The position numbers and the translations under genes were made by a program. A stretch of 64,000 nt of DNA from Eledone cirrhosa (taxonomy: Eukaryota). The stretch lies in contig OZ024740.1 of the NCBI GenBank assembly GCA_964016885.1, forward strand, positions 14,322,001 through 14,386,000. The letters run 5' to 3'. Of the stretch, positions 49,367-62,210 are shown piece after piece (the stretch's first letter is position 1; every line of letters starts with the position of its first letter). The notes under the pieces were generated by a model. That model did no database searches. It was not told where the DNA came from and saw only the letters and a list, made by a program, of their open reading frames with translations.

Positions 49367-49734
49367 GATTAATATTAAGAAAAATTAATAATACGACGAG
49401 TTAAAATTTGAGATTTGAAAATTCAAGTATAAAATTCATTGTGGGATTTCATAGTAGTTTTCATCTAGGTAGCAACAACAAGTTGACTGCTGTGTCCCTT
49501 TCTGGTAGTGAATGAGAAGTTATTTGGGGTGTGGGTTATTTTATAAAGGTCAGATTTAGCAATGGCCAACTGGCCACCTGCTTGTCAGTGAGGGGGTGGA
49601 AGCAATATACATACATATATCTTCCTGTGGTGGGTAGGAGAGTGGAGCGTGATAGAAAGGGATTTAGTGCACTTACACCTATATATACACACATACCTTC
49701 ATCCACACATACATACATATACATATACATACAC

Positions 49735-49773
<39 letters not shown>

Positions 49774-49914
49774 CACACATACATACACACACACATACAT
49801 ATACATACACACATACACACACACACACACACATATATACACATACACACACACACACATATATATATATACACACACACACATATATATACATACACAT
49901 ACATCCAGATACAC

Positions 49915-49955
<41 letters not shown>

Positions 49956-49958
49956 CAC

Positions 49959-49989
<31 letters not shown>

Positions 49990-50442
49990 CGCATACATCC
50001 AGATACACACATACATACACACACACACACACACACGCACACACAATACATACATCCACATGCACACACATACACACACACACACATATACACATACATA
50101 CACCCACATACAGAGAAATGGCCTCCAAATATATATATATATACATACATACACATATATTTTTTCCATAATATAAGAAGTTGGGACAGTGAAATTAAAA
50201 TACAAGTCATTCTGATCACATTGAGTTCTTCATGTAGATTGGGCCCCGCAACCGACAGTGGTGAATTCTGTGTGCGCATATATATATAGATATATGTGTG
50301 TGCACGTGCAGGGTTTAACATGGATGTGTTAGTCACACAAAGGCATGGTCTGTCAACGAATAAACCTGATTCTACAGAATTGGTCTCTGGTCTTTTATAG
50401 TAGTGATTCCGTGCGTATGTGTGTTTATATTTTATGACAATT

Positions 50443-53346
50443 CTATTGGGGTGATAACCCGTTTAGTTTTGGTTTAAATTTGTTAAGGAATAGATTTTCT
50501 TTGTTTATTCTTTGTTGCTGTGTGAACGAATCTGAGCACTTGTAGAAGGGGAAGATTTAAAAGTTGGGTAGTGTCATTCCTGCGCAGTTCGCAATATGGC
50601 TGCTCAAGGGGATTTTTCTTGTGTTAGCGTCCCGGATTTGTTGGCGGTGGATGGTCATTCTTTTGCGTAATGAGGTGCCCGTCTGTCCTATGTAGTTGTG
50701 TTTGCACCCACCGCAAGTTATTGCGTAAATCAAGTTCTCCGAGTTGCAGGTGAAATTGTTTTTTACTGTAAATGTTTGGCTATCTTTGAATGTAAATGTT
50801 TGTCCTTCAGTGAGGTAGAGGCACGTTCCACAGTTTGTTCTACCACATTTGGTAACTGTAGGGTTGAGGGTTAGTTTGGGTATATTTGGTCCAGTAAGAA
50901 TGCGTTTAAGTGATTTGGGTTGTCTTTTACTTTTAAGGATCTTGTGTGTTTCAAGAATAGACTTCATTTTTACATCTTTAAGTAGGATGGGGAGGTTTTT
51001 GTGTAGGTGATCAAACATTTCGGTATTTCTGGGGTTGAAAGTGGATACATATGGCAGAGTGTTGAGTGTGGTTTTCTGTTTTGGATTGTTAAGTTGATGG
51101 GGATTTAGGTGTTTTGCCCTGTCTATTCCATTGTTGATTATTTCAAGTGGAAAGGCTCTTAAGATAAGGGTGTCTTTTAGTTCCTTTAGTCTTTGCTCCC
51201 GTTTAGGTGGATCTGATACTATGGTACATATACGTTTGGCCAAATTGTAAGGAATGTTAAGTTTTGTATGTTTTGGGTGACTTGATGTGAAAAAGAGGTA
51301 TTGCATGGAATCTGTGGGTTTATAGAATATATCTGTATCTAATTTCCCGTCTATTACAGAGATGAGAATATCCAAGAAGGCTAATTCCTTAGGATTGGAT
51401 TCCATTGTGAATTGTATGTTATTATCTATGTTGTTTATCATGTTTTTAAACGTAGTAAGTGAGTTCATGTCTTCTTGCCATAGGATAAAGCAGTCGTCTA
51501 GATATCTTTTCCAATTGGCTTTGAGGTGTGTGTGGAAAGAGTCTCCAAATAAGAGAAGGGACTGACTGTATATTTGTTGTTCATGGAATCCCATGACTAG
51601 GTTGGCATATGTGGGTGCTACTTTCGTGCCCATTGCAGTACCTGATACTTGTCTGTATGTTGAACCATTGAATGTGAAGTAGTTATTTTGTAGGATAAAG
51701 CGGAGTCCGTCAGTGATAAAATCTGTGTTGATGCGTGTCGGTATTTGTGATGGGTGTGTGTTAAGCCAGTATTAGACTGCTGTTATTCCATAGTTGTGGG
51801 GTATGTTTGTGTAGAGGTTTATTACGTCAAAGGAGACAAGAATTGTATTTGCACTTACTGTTTTAGGGAGGTCTTTCAGCATGTCAAGGTCATCTCGTAT
51901 GTAGCTCTGTATATGTTGTAGAAAGGGTTTCAGTAGGATGTCCAGAAAGTTGCTATGTCTGTGGGTTTCACATGTAGGGCCTGCTATAATTGGCCTGAGT
52001 TTTAGGTCTTCTGGTGGTGTTAGTTCAATGTAATTGTTGGTTGAGGTGTCACATGCATCGTTTATGGGTTTACATTTGTGGAGTTTCGGTAAGCCGTAAA
52101 AAGAGCTTGTATTGCATTTGAAGTGGCTTATATAGTTAAACTCTTGTGTGGTTAAGCTGTTGCGGTATTTATTCAGTAAGGTCAAAAGGTTCCCCATTGT
52201 TTTGGTGTGTTTGTAGTTTTCTGTTTTTTCATAGTATGTGTTGTTTTCTAAAATGTTAAGTGCGAGGGTCCTATAGTAGTCCGTATTCATAATGACAACA
52301 GTACTGCCTTTATCGGCTTCTTTGATAGTTATCTCAGGGTTGTTTCTAAGTGTGAATAATTCTTCCCATTCGTGTGTAGATAGGTTTGATTTCGTGTGTT
52401 TATTTGTAATCTTTTCATAGGGAAAGTTGGTGATGTGTTCGCAGTACGTGTCCAGTGCTTTATTTCTTCCCTTTTGTGGGCAGAAATTGCTTTTATTTCT
52501 AACCAGTGATTCGTCTTCAGTGTTGGTGTCGTTGTGGAAGAATTCCGTTAGTCGCAGCTTTCGGCAGTATTCCATGATGTCATCCTTCATTTCGGGGAAG
52601 TTTGGTTTACGTGGTGTAGGTGTAAATTTCAGGCCCTTACTTAAAATGTTGATTTGTGTGTTGGTTAGAGGTGTCTTTGAGAGGTTGATTATTTTTGGTT
52701 TCTCCTGGTATTTCAGGCTTTTCCCTAAAAAAGGAATGTAGTTTTGTGTGTGATTATATTTTGTTGGTCTGTTGCGTGTGGGTCTGTAGCTTGTTGTTTC
52801 ATGAGGGTGAATGTGATGGTGGGGGTGGTATGTGTTGTGGTTGTTGATGAGCAAGGGTTCTGTTGTTGGTTCATGTGGTCTGGGTGCGTTATTTCTGTGG
52901 TACAGAGTGTTGAGGTTGGGGGTTGTCTTTTGTTGGATTGAGGGTGATGTCTGGTGAGGTTGTGGGTAAGTTCTGTTGTGATTTCAAGTGGTCTGGATGG
53001 ATTTCTTCTGAGGAATGTGGTGTGTGTGTTGTGAGTTGGATCTATGTTATTTCGTCGTTGGTTTATGTAGGGGGCATTTCTACGGAAACCTGTGTTGTGG
53101 TGGTTGGGTGTGTTTCTTTTGGTGTAGTTGGCCGTATTTGGTTTGTGTTGGTGGGGGATGTGCCTGTGGTTAGTGTGTGTTGGGTTTGGTGGTGTAAATG
53201 TGTCTGTTGTAGTTCTTGTTATGTTCAAATGCTTTATAAAGGGGTTTCCTGTTTGGTGCGTCCTTTTAAAGTCTTCTTCATATTTGAGGAACCAGTTTTC
53301 GGATTTTTCCCACCGTTTAAGGGAAATAATTTCTGCATTCTCGCAG
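50443..53346 (-). pseudogene. PLE RT + Zn-finger linker + GIY-YIG; two in-frame TAA stops and one frame change
   Basis: KIINLS, LSKGLKFTPTP, EADKGSTVV, FYGLPKLHK, RPII, SFDVINLYTNIP, QVSGTAMGTKVAP, WKRYLDD, AFLDI, CGRTNCGTC, NLIYAITCGGC..YIGQT. Reading through TAA at 51772-51774 and 50557-50559 stays in frame to ...KFKPKLNGLSPQ* at 50443. The upstream frame is open from 53346 to the TAG at 52725. Confidence 0.9.
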
Positions 53347-53427
<81 letters not shown>

Positions 53428-53520
53428 GGGGTAACAAATAATAGTTAAATGCAGTCCACTTAGGTAAAGTCCAGTTATGGTATTCCAGGTATATATATGT
53501 ATGTATATATATATATATCA

Positions 53521-53618
<98 letters not shown>

Positions 53619-53633
53619 GTATATATATATATG

Positions 53634-53728
<95 letters not shown>

Positions 53729-53729
53729 G

Positions 53730-53764
<35 letters not shown>

Positions 53765-53767
53765 GTG

Positions 53768-53833
<66 letters not shown>
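53347..53833. repeat. (TA)n tracts enclosing a 65-bp duplicate of the next element's 5' end
   Basis: 53427-53491 equals 53834-53898 with one mismatch. Confidence 0.92.
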
Positions 53834-54370
<537 letters not shown>

Positions 54371-54414
54371 GTATAATAAATAAATAACAAAGAACGCTTA
54401 TAGCATATGCATAT

Positions 54415-54472
54415 CTTTACTTGCTAACATTGTTTCATCCGCACTATAAGTGGGACTCATCAGAGCATAAAG
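54415..54472 (-). ncRNA. Type I hammerhead ribozyme (inverted pLTR copy of PLE4)
   Basis: Reverse complement of 57312-57369. Confidence 0.8.
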
Positions 54473-54786
54473 GTTACTTACATACCATACAAGCAATAAC
54501 AAATCCAAGACATTGAAGAATGAAAGGTAATAATAGACGATAGAGGATAAGAATAAAAATAAAAATAAAAGTAAAAATAAAAATAAAAATAAAAATAAGG
54601 GGTGCTATCAGTCACAGTTGGGCGGTGTGCTGTCAACATATAGTTACATACAAGCATACACATGGATAAGAGAACAGACAAGAGTAGACACATGGATAAG
54701 AGAACAGACAAGAGTAGATAAGATAATGGGATTAGGTAAGAGTAGGTAAAAAATAGGTAAAAAAAAAAAAAAAAAAAAAAAATATA

Positions 54787-54942
54787 TATACTCCTCATAG
54801 TAGAGTATGCAACCTGTGCCTTGCCGAATCCCACTCTATTATATTTGCTAAATGCCCTCTACTAAATAGAAAGTCTGAAATTTTTTCCTCTTGCCCCCAC
54901 CGAATATTAAGCTCTTTCTTCTACTTTAAACCTGTTAGCTAG
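54787..54942 (+). pseudogene. C-terminal fragment of a PLE GIY-YIG endonuclease (absent from the ORF track)
   Basis: Manual translation YTPHSRVCNLCLAESHSIIFAKCPLLNRKSEIFSSCPHRILSSFFYFKPVS* aligns with the PLE1 C-terminus FNSSSETCDLCVEEIFFILKSKNSLNLRSNLFSCCRHR. Confidence 0.85.
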
Positions 54943-56453
54943 CACGTCCTTATTCCTCCAGTTGGGCTGTCTTGTGTAACTGTCTCTGACTGAGTGTAAC
55001 TGTCTCCTAATGTTGGTCGTCTATGTATACGAGTCTGTGAATGTATACGTATGCCTGTGGGAGGATATTGATCTTGATATTGGGGTGTGCAGGGGAGTGT
55101 ATGTTAATAAGCACCCCTGTTTGGTACAGTGGATGTAACCCATCCACGCTGGCCTACCCACCATTAGTGCATTGGTGGACCTATCCTGACGTATATCTTG
55201 TTGATCTGTACCTCTGTATGCGCATGAGTTGTGATGTAATGTATTTATGTAAAGCGTGTACTGTGATTTAGGCTGCACTAGTAGAAATTTAGCCTGTAAC
55301 TGTGGCGGACCCGTGCCATCCTGCCGTAAGCAGTGGATACGTGGCGCATATATGTGTTGCCCTCATATTCTGTGGTTCAAGATCTACAGGCTGACCTCTG
55401 GGAGCTCTTACCCGGGGTTGTAGTCTTTCTAGCACGATCGGCCTTCCTTATATTGACGGTCGTTTTTATGATCCCGAAAGTAACGTTTTGGCCCCGATGG
55501 CCCTCCGTAGTTACTAATGGTCTGTGTACACTCGAATCGGTCAATGGCACGTGCAGACATGAATATCTCCGTAGGATTTCAACTTTATTTTAATACATCT
55601 CATCGTATGTATTTGTTTTGAATATATTACCTGTGGTGGTGGGTCTGGTCTAATGTGGTATTTCGGTGTTTAATATCGTATTTAATATCGTATTTAATAT
55701 CGGCTTTGACCCGGGTGTCCTACGCTGTGTGTGTGTGCGTGTGTGCCCGTGTATACATTTATATGTGTATGGGTGTAGGTGGTTATATGTGTCTGTGTGT
55801 ATATATAAAAAAAAATATATATATATATATGTATACCGTCTCTGCATGTGCATGTGGTGTGTATACGTGCATATACGTGCTGAACATATTGATGTGTACA
55901 ATCTTGTGATGTCCCAATGCGGTGACTTAATGGCTCTTGAAGCTATTTTTTTTATATATCTTCTGTCTTTTTATATATATTTTGTATGCGCTACAACTGT
56001 GTCTGCTTGCTTTAACCTCACCTCGCTTGCTAATGCATGTGAATTCTTCTACCTCCTTTGATGCACCTCTCTGACCATTTGACTCCTGCCCGTGTGTGAA
56101 CCGGTTTGTGATTACCCCACCGCTCAACTGTGTGAATGCACACCCATGACTTTCGAGTGAACTTTCGAGACTGCCCAACCTGGGACGCCTCCATTGCCTT
56201 GTAATGGTCAAGTGATACTGGTGACTGTGACACTTAGTGCCTTCGTGGGCCCCTGATGTTTTCAAGAAATATATTTTAAAAAATTGGTCAAGTGATACAC
56301 ATAACTGTGACATTTAGTGCCTTCGTGGGCCCCTGATATATTCAAGAGATATATTCTAAAAAAATATATATCTTATCTCAATTTACTTTATTTCATTTTA
56401 TTTTATTTCATTTCATGTTATCTAATTTTATTTATTTACTTACTTGACTCCAT

Positions 56454-56500
<47 letters not shown>

Positions 56501-56569
56501 TATTTAAATTTAGATTTTAATTTAAAAATTTTAAAATTTAAATTTTAATTTTATTTATTTATTTAATTT

Positions 56570-56605
<36 letters not shown>

Positions 56606-57311
56606 TTACATTTAATTACATTTAATTATACATATAATTATACATTTGATTTTAATTATATCTTATATTATATTATTTTAATTTAGTCTATGTTATTTGA
56701 TTTTAGTTTACCTTATTTTATCTTATTTTACGATTATACTATATTATGTTCTATGTATATAATTTTTAATTTTTAATTTTATATTATTTTATCTCATTCC
56801 TTACCCTATATTTTATATTTTATATGTAAGTTTGTTATGTATTTCTTTGTATTTCTTTTTATATATATTATAAGTCTGTTTTTTACCTATTTTTTACCTA
56901 TTTTTTTACCTATTTTTTACCTATTTTTTACCTATTTTTTACCTATTTTTTACCTATTTTTTACCTATTTTTTTACCTATTTTTTTTTTTTTTACATATT
57001 TATTTATTTATTTTTTTTTTTTTTTACCTATTTTTTACCTACTCTTACCTAATCCCATTATCTTATCTACTCTTGTCTGTTCTCTTATCCATGTGTCTAC
57101 TCTTGTCTGTTCTCTTATCCATGTGTATGCTTGTATGTAACTATATGTTGACAGCACACCGCCCAACTGTGACTGATAGCACCCCTTATTTTTATTTTTA
57201 TTTTTATTTTTACTTTTATTTTTATTTTTATTCTTATCCTCTATCGTCTATTATTACCTTTCATTCTTCAATGTCTTGGATTTGTTATTGCTTGTATGGT
57301 ATGTAATTAAC

Positions 57312-57369
57312 CTTTATGCTCTGATGAGTCCCACTTATAGTGCGGATGAAACAATGTTAGCAAGTAAAG
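57312..57369 (+). ncRNA. Type I minimal hammerhead ribozyme in the PLE4 3' pLTR
   Basis: Stem I cttta-tgct/agca-(ag)-taaag; CTGATGA 57321-57327; stem II gtcc-cac ttata gtg-c-ggat; GAAA; stem III AC-aat-GT; GUU site, predicted cleavage after 57358. Confidence 0.8.
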
Positions 57370-57503
57370 ATATGCATATGCTATAAGCGTTCTTTGTTAT
57401 TTATTTATTATATTACGGCTCTGTCCTCAGACATTGAGCTAACCTCATACTGCCTGCTGGATAAGTGGAGTGTTATACACCCCTGATCCTTTCCCTAGCA
57501 TAC

Positions 57504-57783
<280 letters not shown>

Positions 57784-57908
57784 TAGGAGGTGAGTTTTAT
57801 TGTAGTACAATAAAGCAATGCAGATATCGGATAAGAAGCACTCTACAGTTTGTAGGACTGGAGTATACATAATATAAGATCAAAAGATGGTTAAAGGAGT
57901 TCCATGTA

Positions 57909-57975
57909 TTTTATTATGCGCATTTCAAAAACAAACATCATCATGCAATAATATTTGTGTTTTCATCAGATAAAA
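57909..57975 (-). ncRNA. Type I hammerhead ribozyme, mirror copy in the left arm of the palindrome
   Basis: Reverse complement of 58106-58172. Confidence 0.82.
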
Positions 57976-58105
57976 CAGGAGAACATGATATGAAGGCTAA
58001 AAAACACTTGTGGATAGTGCAGTTTTAAATCAACATATCATGATATGTTGATTTAAAACTGCACTATCCACAAGTGTTTTTTAGCCTTCATATCATGTTC
58101 TCCTG

Positions 58106-58172
58106 TTTTATCTGATGAAAACACAAATATTATTGCATGATGATGTTTGTTTTTGAAATGCGCATAATAAAA
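58106..58172 (+). ncRNA. Type I hammerhead ribozyme with intact core
   Basis: Stem I ttttat/ataaaa; CTGATGA 58112-58118; 16-bp stem II with one mismatch and a gcat loop; GAAA 58155-58158; palindromic ATGCGCAT stem III; AUA site, predicted cleavage after 58166. Confidence 0.85.
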
Positions 58173-58212
58173 TACATGGAACTCCTTTAACCATCTTTTG
58201 ATCTTATATTAT

Positions 58213-58630
<418 letters not shown>

Positions 58631-58632
<2 letters not shown>

Positions 58633-58803
58633 TAGACGATCGACTTTGGTCAAATCTGACCGAGGGAACAATGTTTCCGTCGGTCTTTCCAATTGCTAAT
58701 ACTATCTATCGGTCGCAACTCCAGGTAGAAGGAGCAACGTGAAATAAAGTGTCTTGCTCAAGGACATAACGCATCGCCTGGTCCAGGAATCGAACTCACA
58801 ACC
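58631..58803 (-). mobile_element. tRNA-derived SINE fragment, 5'-truncated
   Basis: Minus strand has Pol III B-box GAGTTCGATTCC followed by tgtccttgagcaagacacttta, a central motif I recognise from V-/Meta-SINE-type elements. The A-box is lost at the (TA)n junction. Confidence 0.75.
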
Positions 58804-58906
<103 letters not shown>

Positions 58907-59289
58907 GTATGTATATATATATATTTAAGTCATTTGGATGCCTCGACAATGCAAATGGGTAAATCTCCGGGTAACAAGATCTGGTGGTGGAGTGAGAGAT
59001 GTAAGTGGGTGTACGTTGAGATGCATGGTGTGTATAAGACGTGTAGAGGAATGAAGGAAAGAGTATAAAGGATAAAAATAAAAATAACAACACGAGAGAG
59101 AGTTACCTTGGGAGAGATTTAATTGTCCCTATATATTTCGGATTCACATCCATCAACTGGGTTTTTTTTCCGGGGTGGGGGAAAGGTTGTCTGTAGGAAA
59201 GGTGCGAAACGCGTCCTCCGCTGTTCGTTGGTTTGAATATTAAAGATATTTACCTATTATTCCACAATGCTTCAAACAAACTTCAATAC

Positions 59290-59656
<367 letters not shown>

Positions 59657-59859
59657 GTTATATTTGGGGAGGGTCATATTTGCGTAATATTGCCAGAATT
59701 AATAACAGAACACACTCACTGTTTGGTTGGTTTTCGCTTCTCGCTGTCTTTTATATATATATATCTGCGATCTAACTTACTCGGTCCTCAATGTTGCCAT
59801 TGACTGGCCGGCGGTCAAAAATAATACAGATACAATATAGACAAACACATATATATATA

Positions 59860-59910
59860 GTTTACATAAATCTTTCGTTGCACATCTGCAACATCGTCAG
59901 TGGTGTTATA
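59860..59910 (-). ncRNA. Minimal hammerhead ribozyme in the PLE3 3' region
   Basis: Minus strand: acacca CUGACGA u guugca-gaug-ugcaac GAAA gauu UA ug. Perfect 6-bp stem II; weak stem I. Confidence 0.65.
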
Positions 59911-60188
59911 TTCATTGTTCCTCCTGTTGTGTTGTATGTCTACGCCATTTTTTTTTTTTTTTTTTTTTTTTGTTCAGTCTGTCTATATATTTATTTATTT
60001 ATTTGCTTGTTTGTTTATCTTATTTTATTTTGTCTTCTTTGCGCATGCGTTTGCGTGTGTGTATAGTGTTATGTGTGATGTGTGACTAGTGTGTATAGTG
60101 TTGTGTCTGCTGGGTGACTAGTGTGTGTTTATGTGCTTGTGTATGTATTTATTTATCTTATTTTATTTAATTTAATTTACTTATTTAT

Positions 60189-62210
60189 TTATACTTCTCT
60201 TAGGTCAGTGTTGTTTGTTTGGGTGTTGTTGTTGTTCCACTCATTCTTTCTGTTTAGCTTTGGTCTTCTAATTTCTATTTCACTGGCCTCTCTGATTTGC
60301 CTATCTGCTGGGTCATTCCTATGTTTAGATATTATTCTAATTTCTATGTTGTCTATGTTACCGTCATGATGTTGTCTAGCATGTTCGTATAGTACTGACC
60401 CGTTTTTTCGTCCTTTTAGTTCCCCCCAGTGTTGGTCTATCCTTTCACCTATGCTACGAGCTGTCTCACCTATGTATGTTGTTGTCGTGTTTCTGCAAGT
60501 ACCCTCTGTACATCTTATGCTATAGACTACGTTTCTAGTTTTACAGTTTATCCGGGGGTTCACCTTACATATGATACATTTCCTATTGGTACAGTGGGTT
60601 TTCTTAAAAGGGTAGGTTTTGCTGATCAGGGATTTTATGGTGGTTCCTGGCTTTTCTACTACCTTTATTTTTAAGTGGGTCTTTCTCAGGGCCTTTCTAC
60701 ACTGGTTAGCTAATTTCCCTCCAGGGGTGGCGTCCACAAACATGACACTCTGATATCTCTGGTTGTCGTACCATGATGTGGCCTTCCCTATCTTATGTCT
60801 AGCCCTATCTAAGCTATTCCATGATTTGCTCCTGTATAGTGGGCAAATTCCTTTCATGTCCAGTTCTATGAGGGTCTTATACTTTTCCATGGCTCCTTCG
60901 TATACTCTGACTCTGTCTCTTTGGTTGTAGCCAGAGAACTGCATGCGGTTGATGAAGTGTTGGATGTGTCCTTCCATTTCTGTTGGGTCGCACATGCTGG
61001 ACACATTCTTCATCACTCGTACCAAATCTGCGATCAGAATATTAAACTTAGCACTACTGGACATTGCTGAGTTTTTGAGTATCAGGTATTTGGAGGCCAT
61101 GGGTTTAGCATAGTGTGAGTGGAGAATTTGGGCTCTCTCGTCTATAGTGTTAATCCAGAGTTCTGTGTCTAATACAGGTAGTCTATTGTTAGGGTGTTTG
61201 GAAGGGAAGTCTATAGTTACAGTTATACTCTGGTGTATGGAATTAGCTATCTGCTGGATGCTTTCCATCGTGCTACGTTCTAAATCAAACTTGTTAGTGC
61301 TCTCTAGTGGGGGTGTTCTTATAACTATATTGATATCGTCTACATAACGAGAGTACATGATGAGGTCTATGGAGCTTTCATTAAGGAGATCTTTAAGTCT
61401 CCTTTCCCACCATACCATGAAAAGGTTGGCAACATCGCCAGCTATGCTGACGCCGATGGCTGCTCCCTCATTTTGGGTGTAGATTTTCTCATTGAACTTA
61501 AATATGTGGCCCTTTAGGGTAGTTTTGATACTAGCCCCTATTGCATGTGCGACCATTTTTCTTACCTGATCAGTGTTTTGGGGGGTCCGTATAGCTTTGG
61601 TCCACCCAATCCACCTTCCTATGGGAGTCTTTTTAGCCATTGAGGTTATGGTGGGGGGTCTACCTCTTATAGGTCTACTAGGGCAGAAACATCTAAGGTC
61701 ATGGCTGTCTAGGTAGTCAGTGTCGTAGGTAAGTCTAAGTAGGAGGCCCAGTTCGTCTGTGTCGACGTCGCAGAACTCCACCTCACTCTCAATGATCATC
61801 TCCACACATCTTTTCACAGCAAAATCAATGTTAATGGATGGGTACAGTGACACCACATCCATGCTGCCTATTATGCAGTTGGATAGGCTCCTGTTTTTGT
61901 TGCACTCACTGATTCTGCTGAGGAGGTCCTCTGTACTTTCACATACATCTGGGGACATCTTGATTATGGGGCGTATAACCATTGAGAGGAAGTAGGAGAT
62001 CCTGTAGTTGCTAGCTATATTAGCTCCGCATACAGGTCTTGTTGGTGGTCCTATTGTCGGGTCGTCGACTGTCTTGTGGTCTTTGCGGAGCCCATACAAG
62101 GGTGGTATGCCATTGTTAGACGCCTGGAAGTTGTTGGCAGTGCGTCTGCTTGGCTTTAGGATGTCAGTCCACATCATCATGTGAGCGTTGAGGATTTTTT
62201 CCTCTCCCAT
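60189..62210 (-). CDS. PLE RT + Zn-finger linker + GIY-YIG endonuclease (C-terminal part of a frameshifted ORF)
   Basis: LYGLRKDHK, TRPVCG, SMDVVSLYPSI, QNEGAAIG, YSRYVDDI, LPVLD, CTNRKCIIC, NVVYSIRC...YIGETARSIGERIDQH, R..REA.EI...PKLN. Catalytic aspartates are intact. Confidence 0.9.
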   Translation of the reverse strand: MGEEKILNAHMMMWTDILKPSRRTANNFQASNNGIPPLYGLRKDHKTVDDPTIGPPTRPVCGANIASNYRISYFLSMVIRPIIKMSPDVCESTEDLLSRISECNKNRSLSNCIIGSMDVVSLYPSINIDFAVKRCVEMIIESEVEFCDVDTDELGLLLRLTYDTDYLDSHDLRCFCPSRPIRGRPPTITSMAKKTPIGRWIGWTKAIRTPQNTDQVRKMVAHAIGASIKTTLKGHIFKFNEKIYTQNEGAAIGVSIAGDVANLFMVWWERRLKDLLNESSIDLIMYSRYVDDINIVIRTPPLESTNKFDLERSTMESIQQIANSIHQSITVTIDFPSKHPNNRLPVLDTELWINTIDERAQILHSHYAKPMASKYLILKNSAMSSSAKFNILIADLVRVMKNVSSMCDPTEMEGHIQHFINRMQFSGYNQRDRVRVYEGAMEKYKTLIELDMKGICPLYRSKSWNSLDRARHKIGKATSWYDNQRYQSVMFVDATPGGKLANQCRKALRKTHLKIKVVEKPGTTIKSLISKTYPFKKTHCTNRKCIICKVNPRINCKTRNVVYSIRCTEGTCRNTTTTYIGETARSIGERIDQHWGELKGRKNGSVLYEHARQHHDGNIDNIEIRIISKHRNDPADRQIREASEIEIRRPKLNRKNEWNNNNTQTNNTDLREV

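Larger units (their letters stand above)
49212..53346 (-). mobile_element. Penelope-like element 2 (Neptune-like), 5'-truncated, flanked by (TA)n on both sides
   Basis: RT-GIY-YIG coding region followed by a ~1.2-kb 3' region containing a (CA/TA)n tract (49681-50160) and a same-strand HHR remnant. The 3' extent is inferred. Confidence 0.8.
54372..57412 (+). mobile_element. Penelope-like element 4: severely 5'-truncated copy with ~400-bp inverted pLTR and ~2.5-kb 3' region
   Basis: 54372-~54775 is the reverse complement of ~57011-57412. The last codons of a PLE endonuclease lie directly inside the left arm. Internal 79-bp and 30-bp tandem duplications, (TTTA)n and (TTTTTACCTA)n tracts. Confidence 0.85.

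Noticed and set aside
50557-51774. Selenocysteine or alternative-code readthrough of the in-frame stops in PLE2
   Set aside because: Both stops are TAA, not TGA, and TAA terminates other ORFs in the window normally. Nonsense mutations are the simpler explanation.
57413-57503. CTGAGGA on the minus strand next to PLE4 as a hammerhead core
   Set aside because: No stem II or GAAA follows; the sequence is cut by the PLE4 end.
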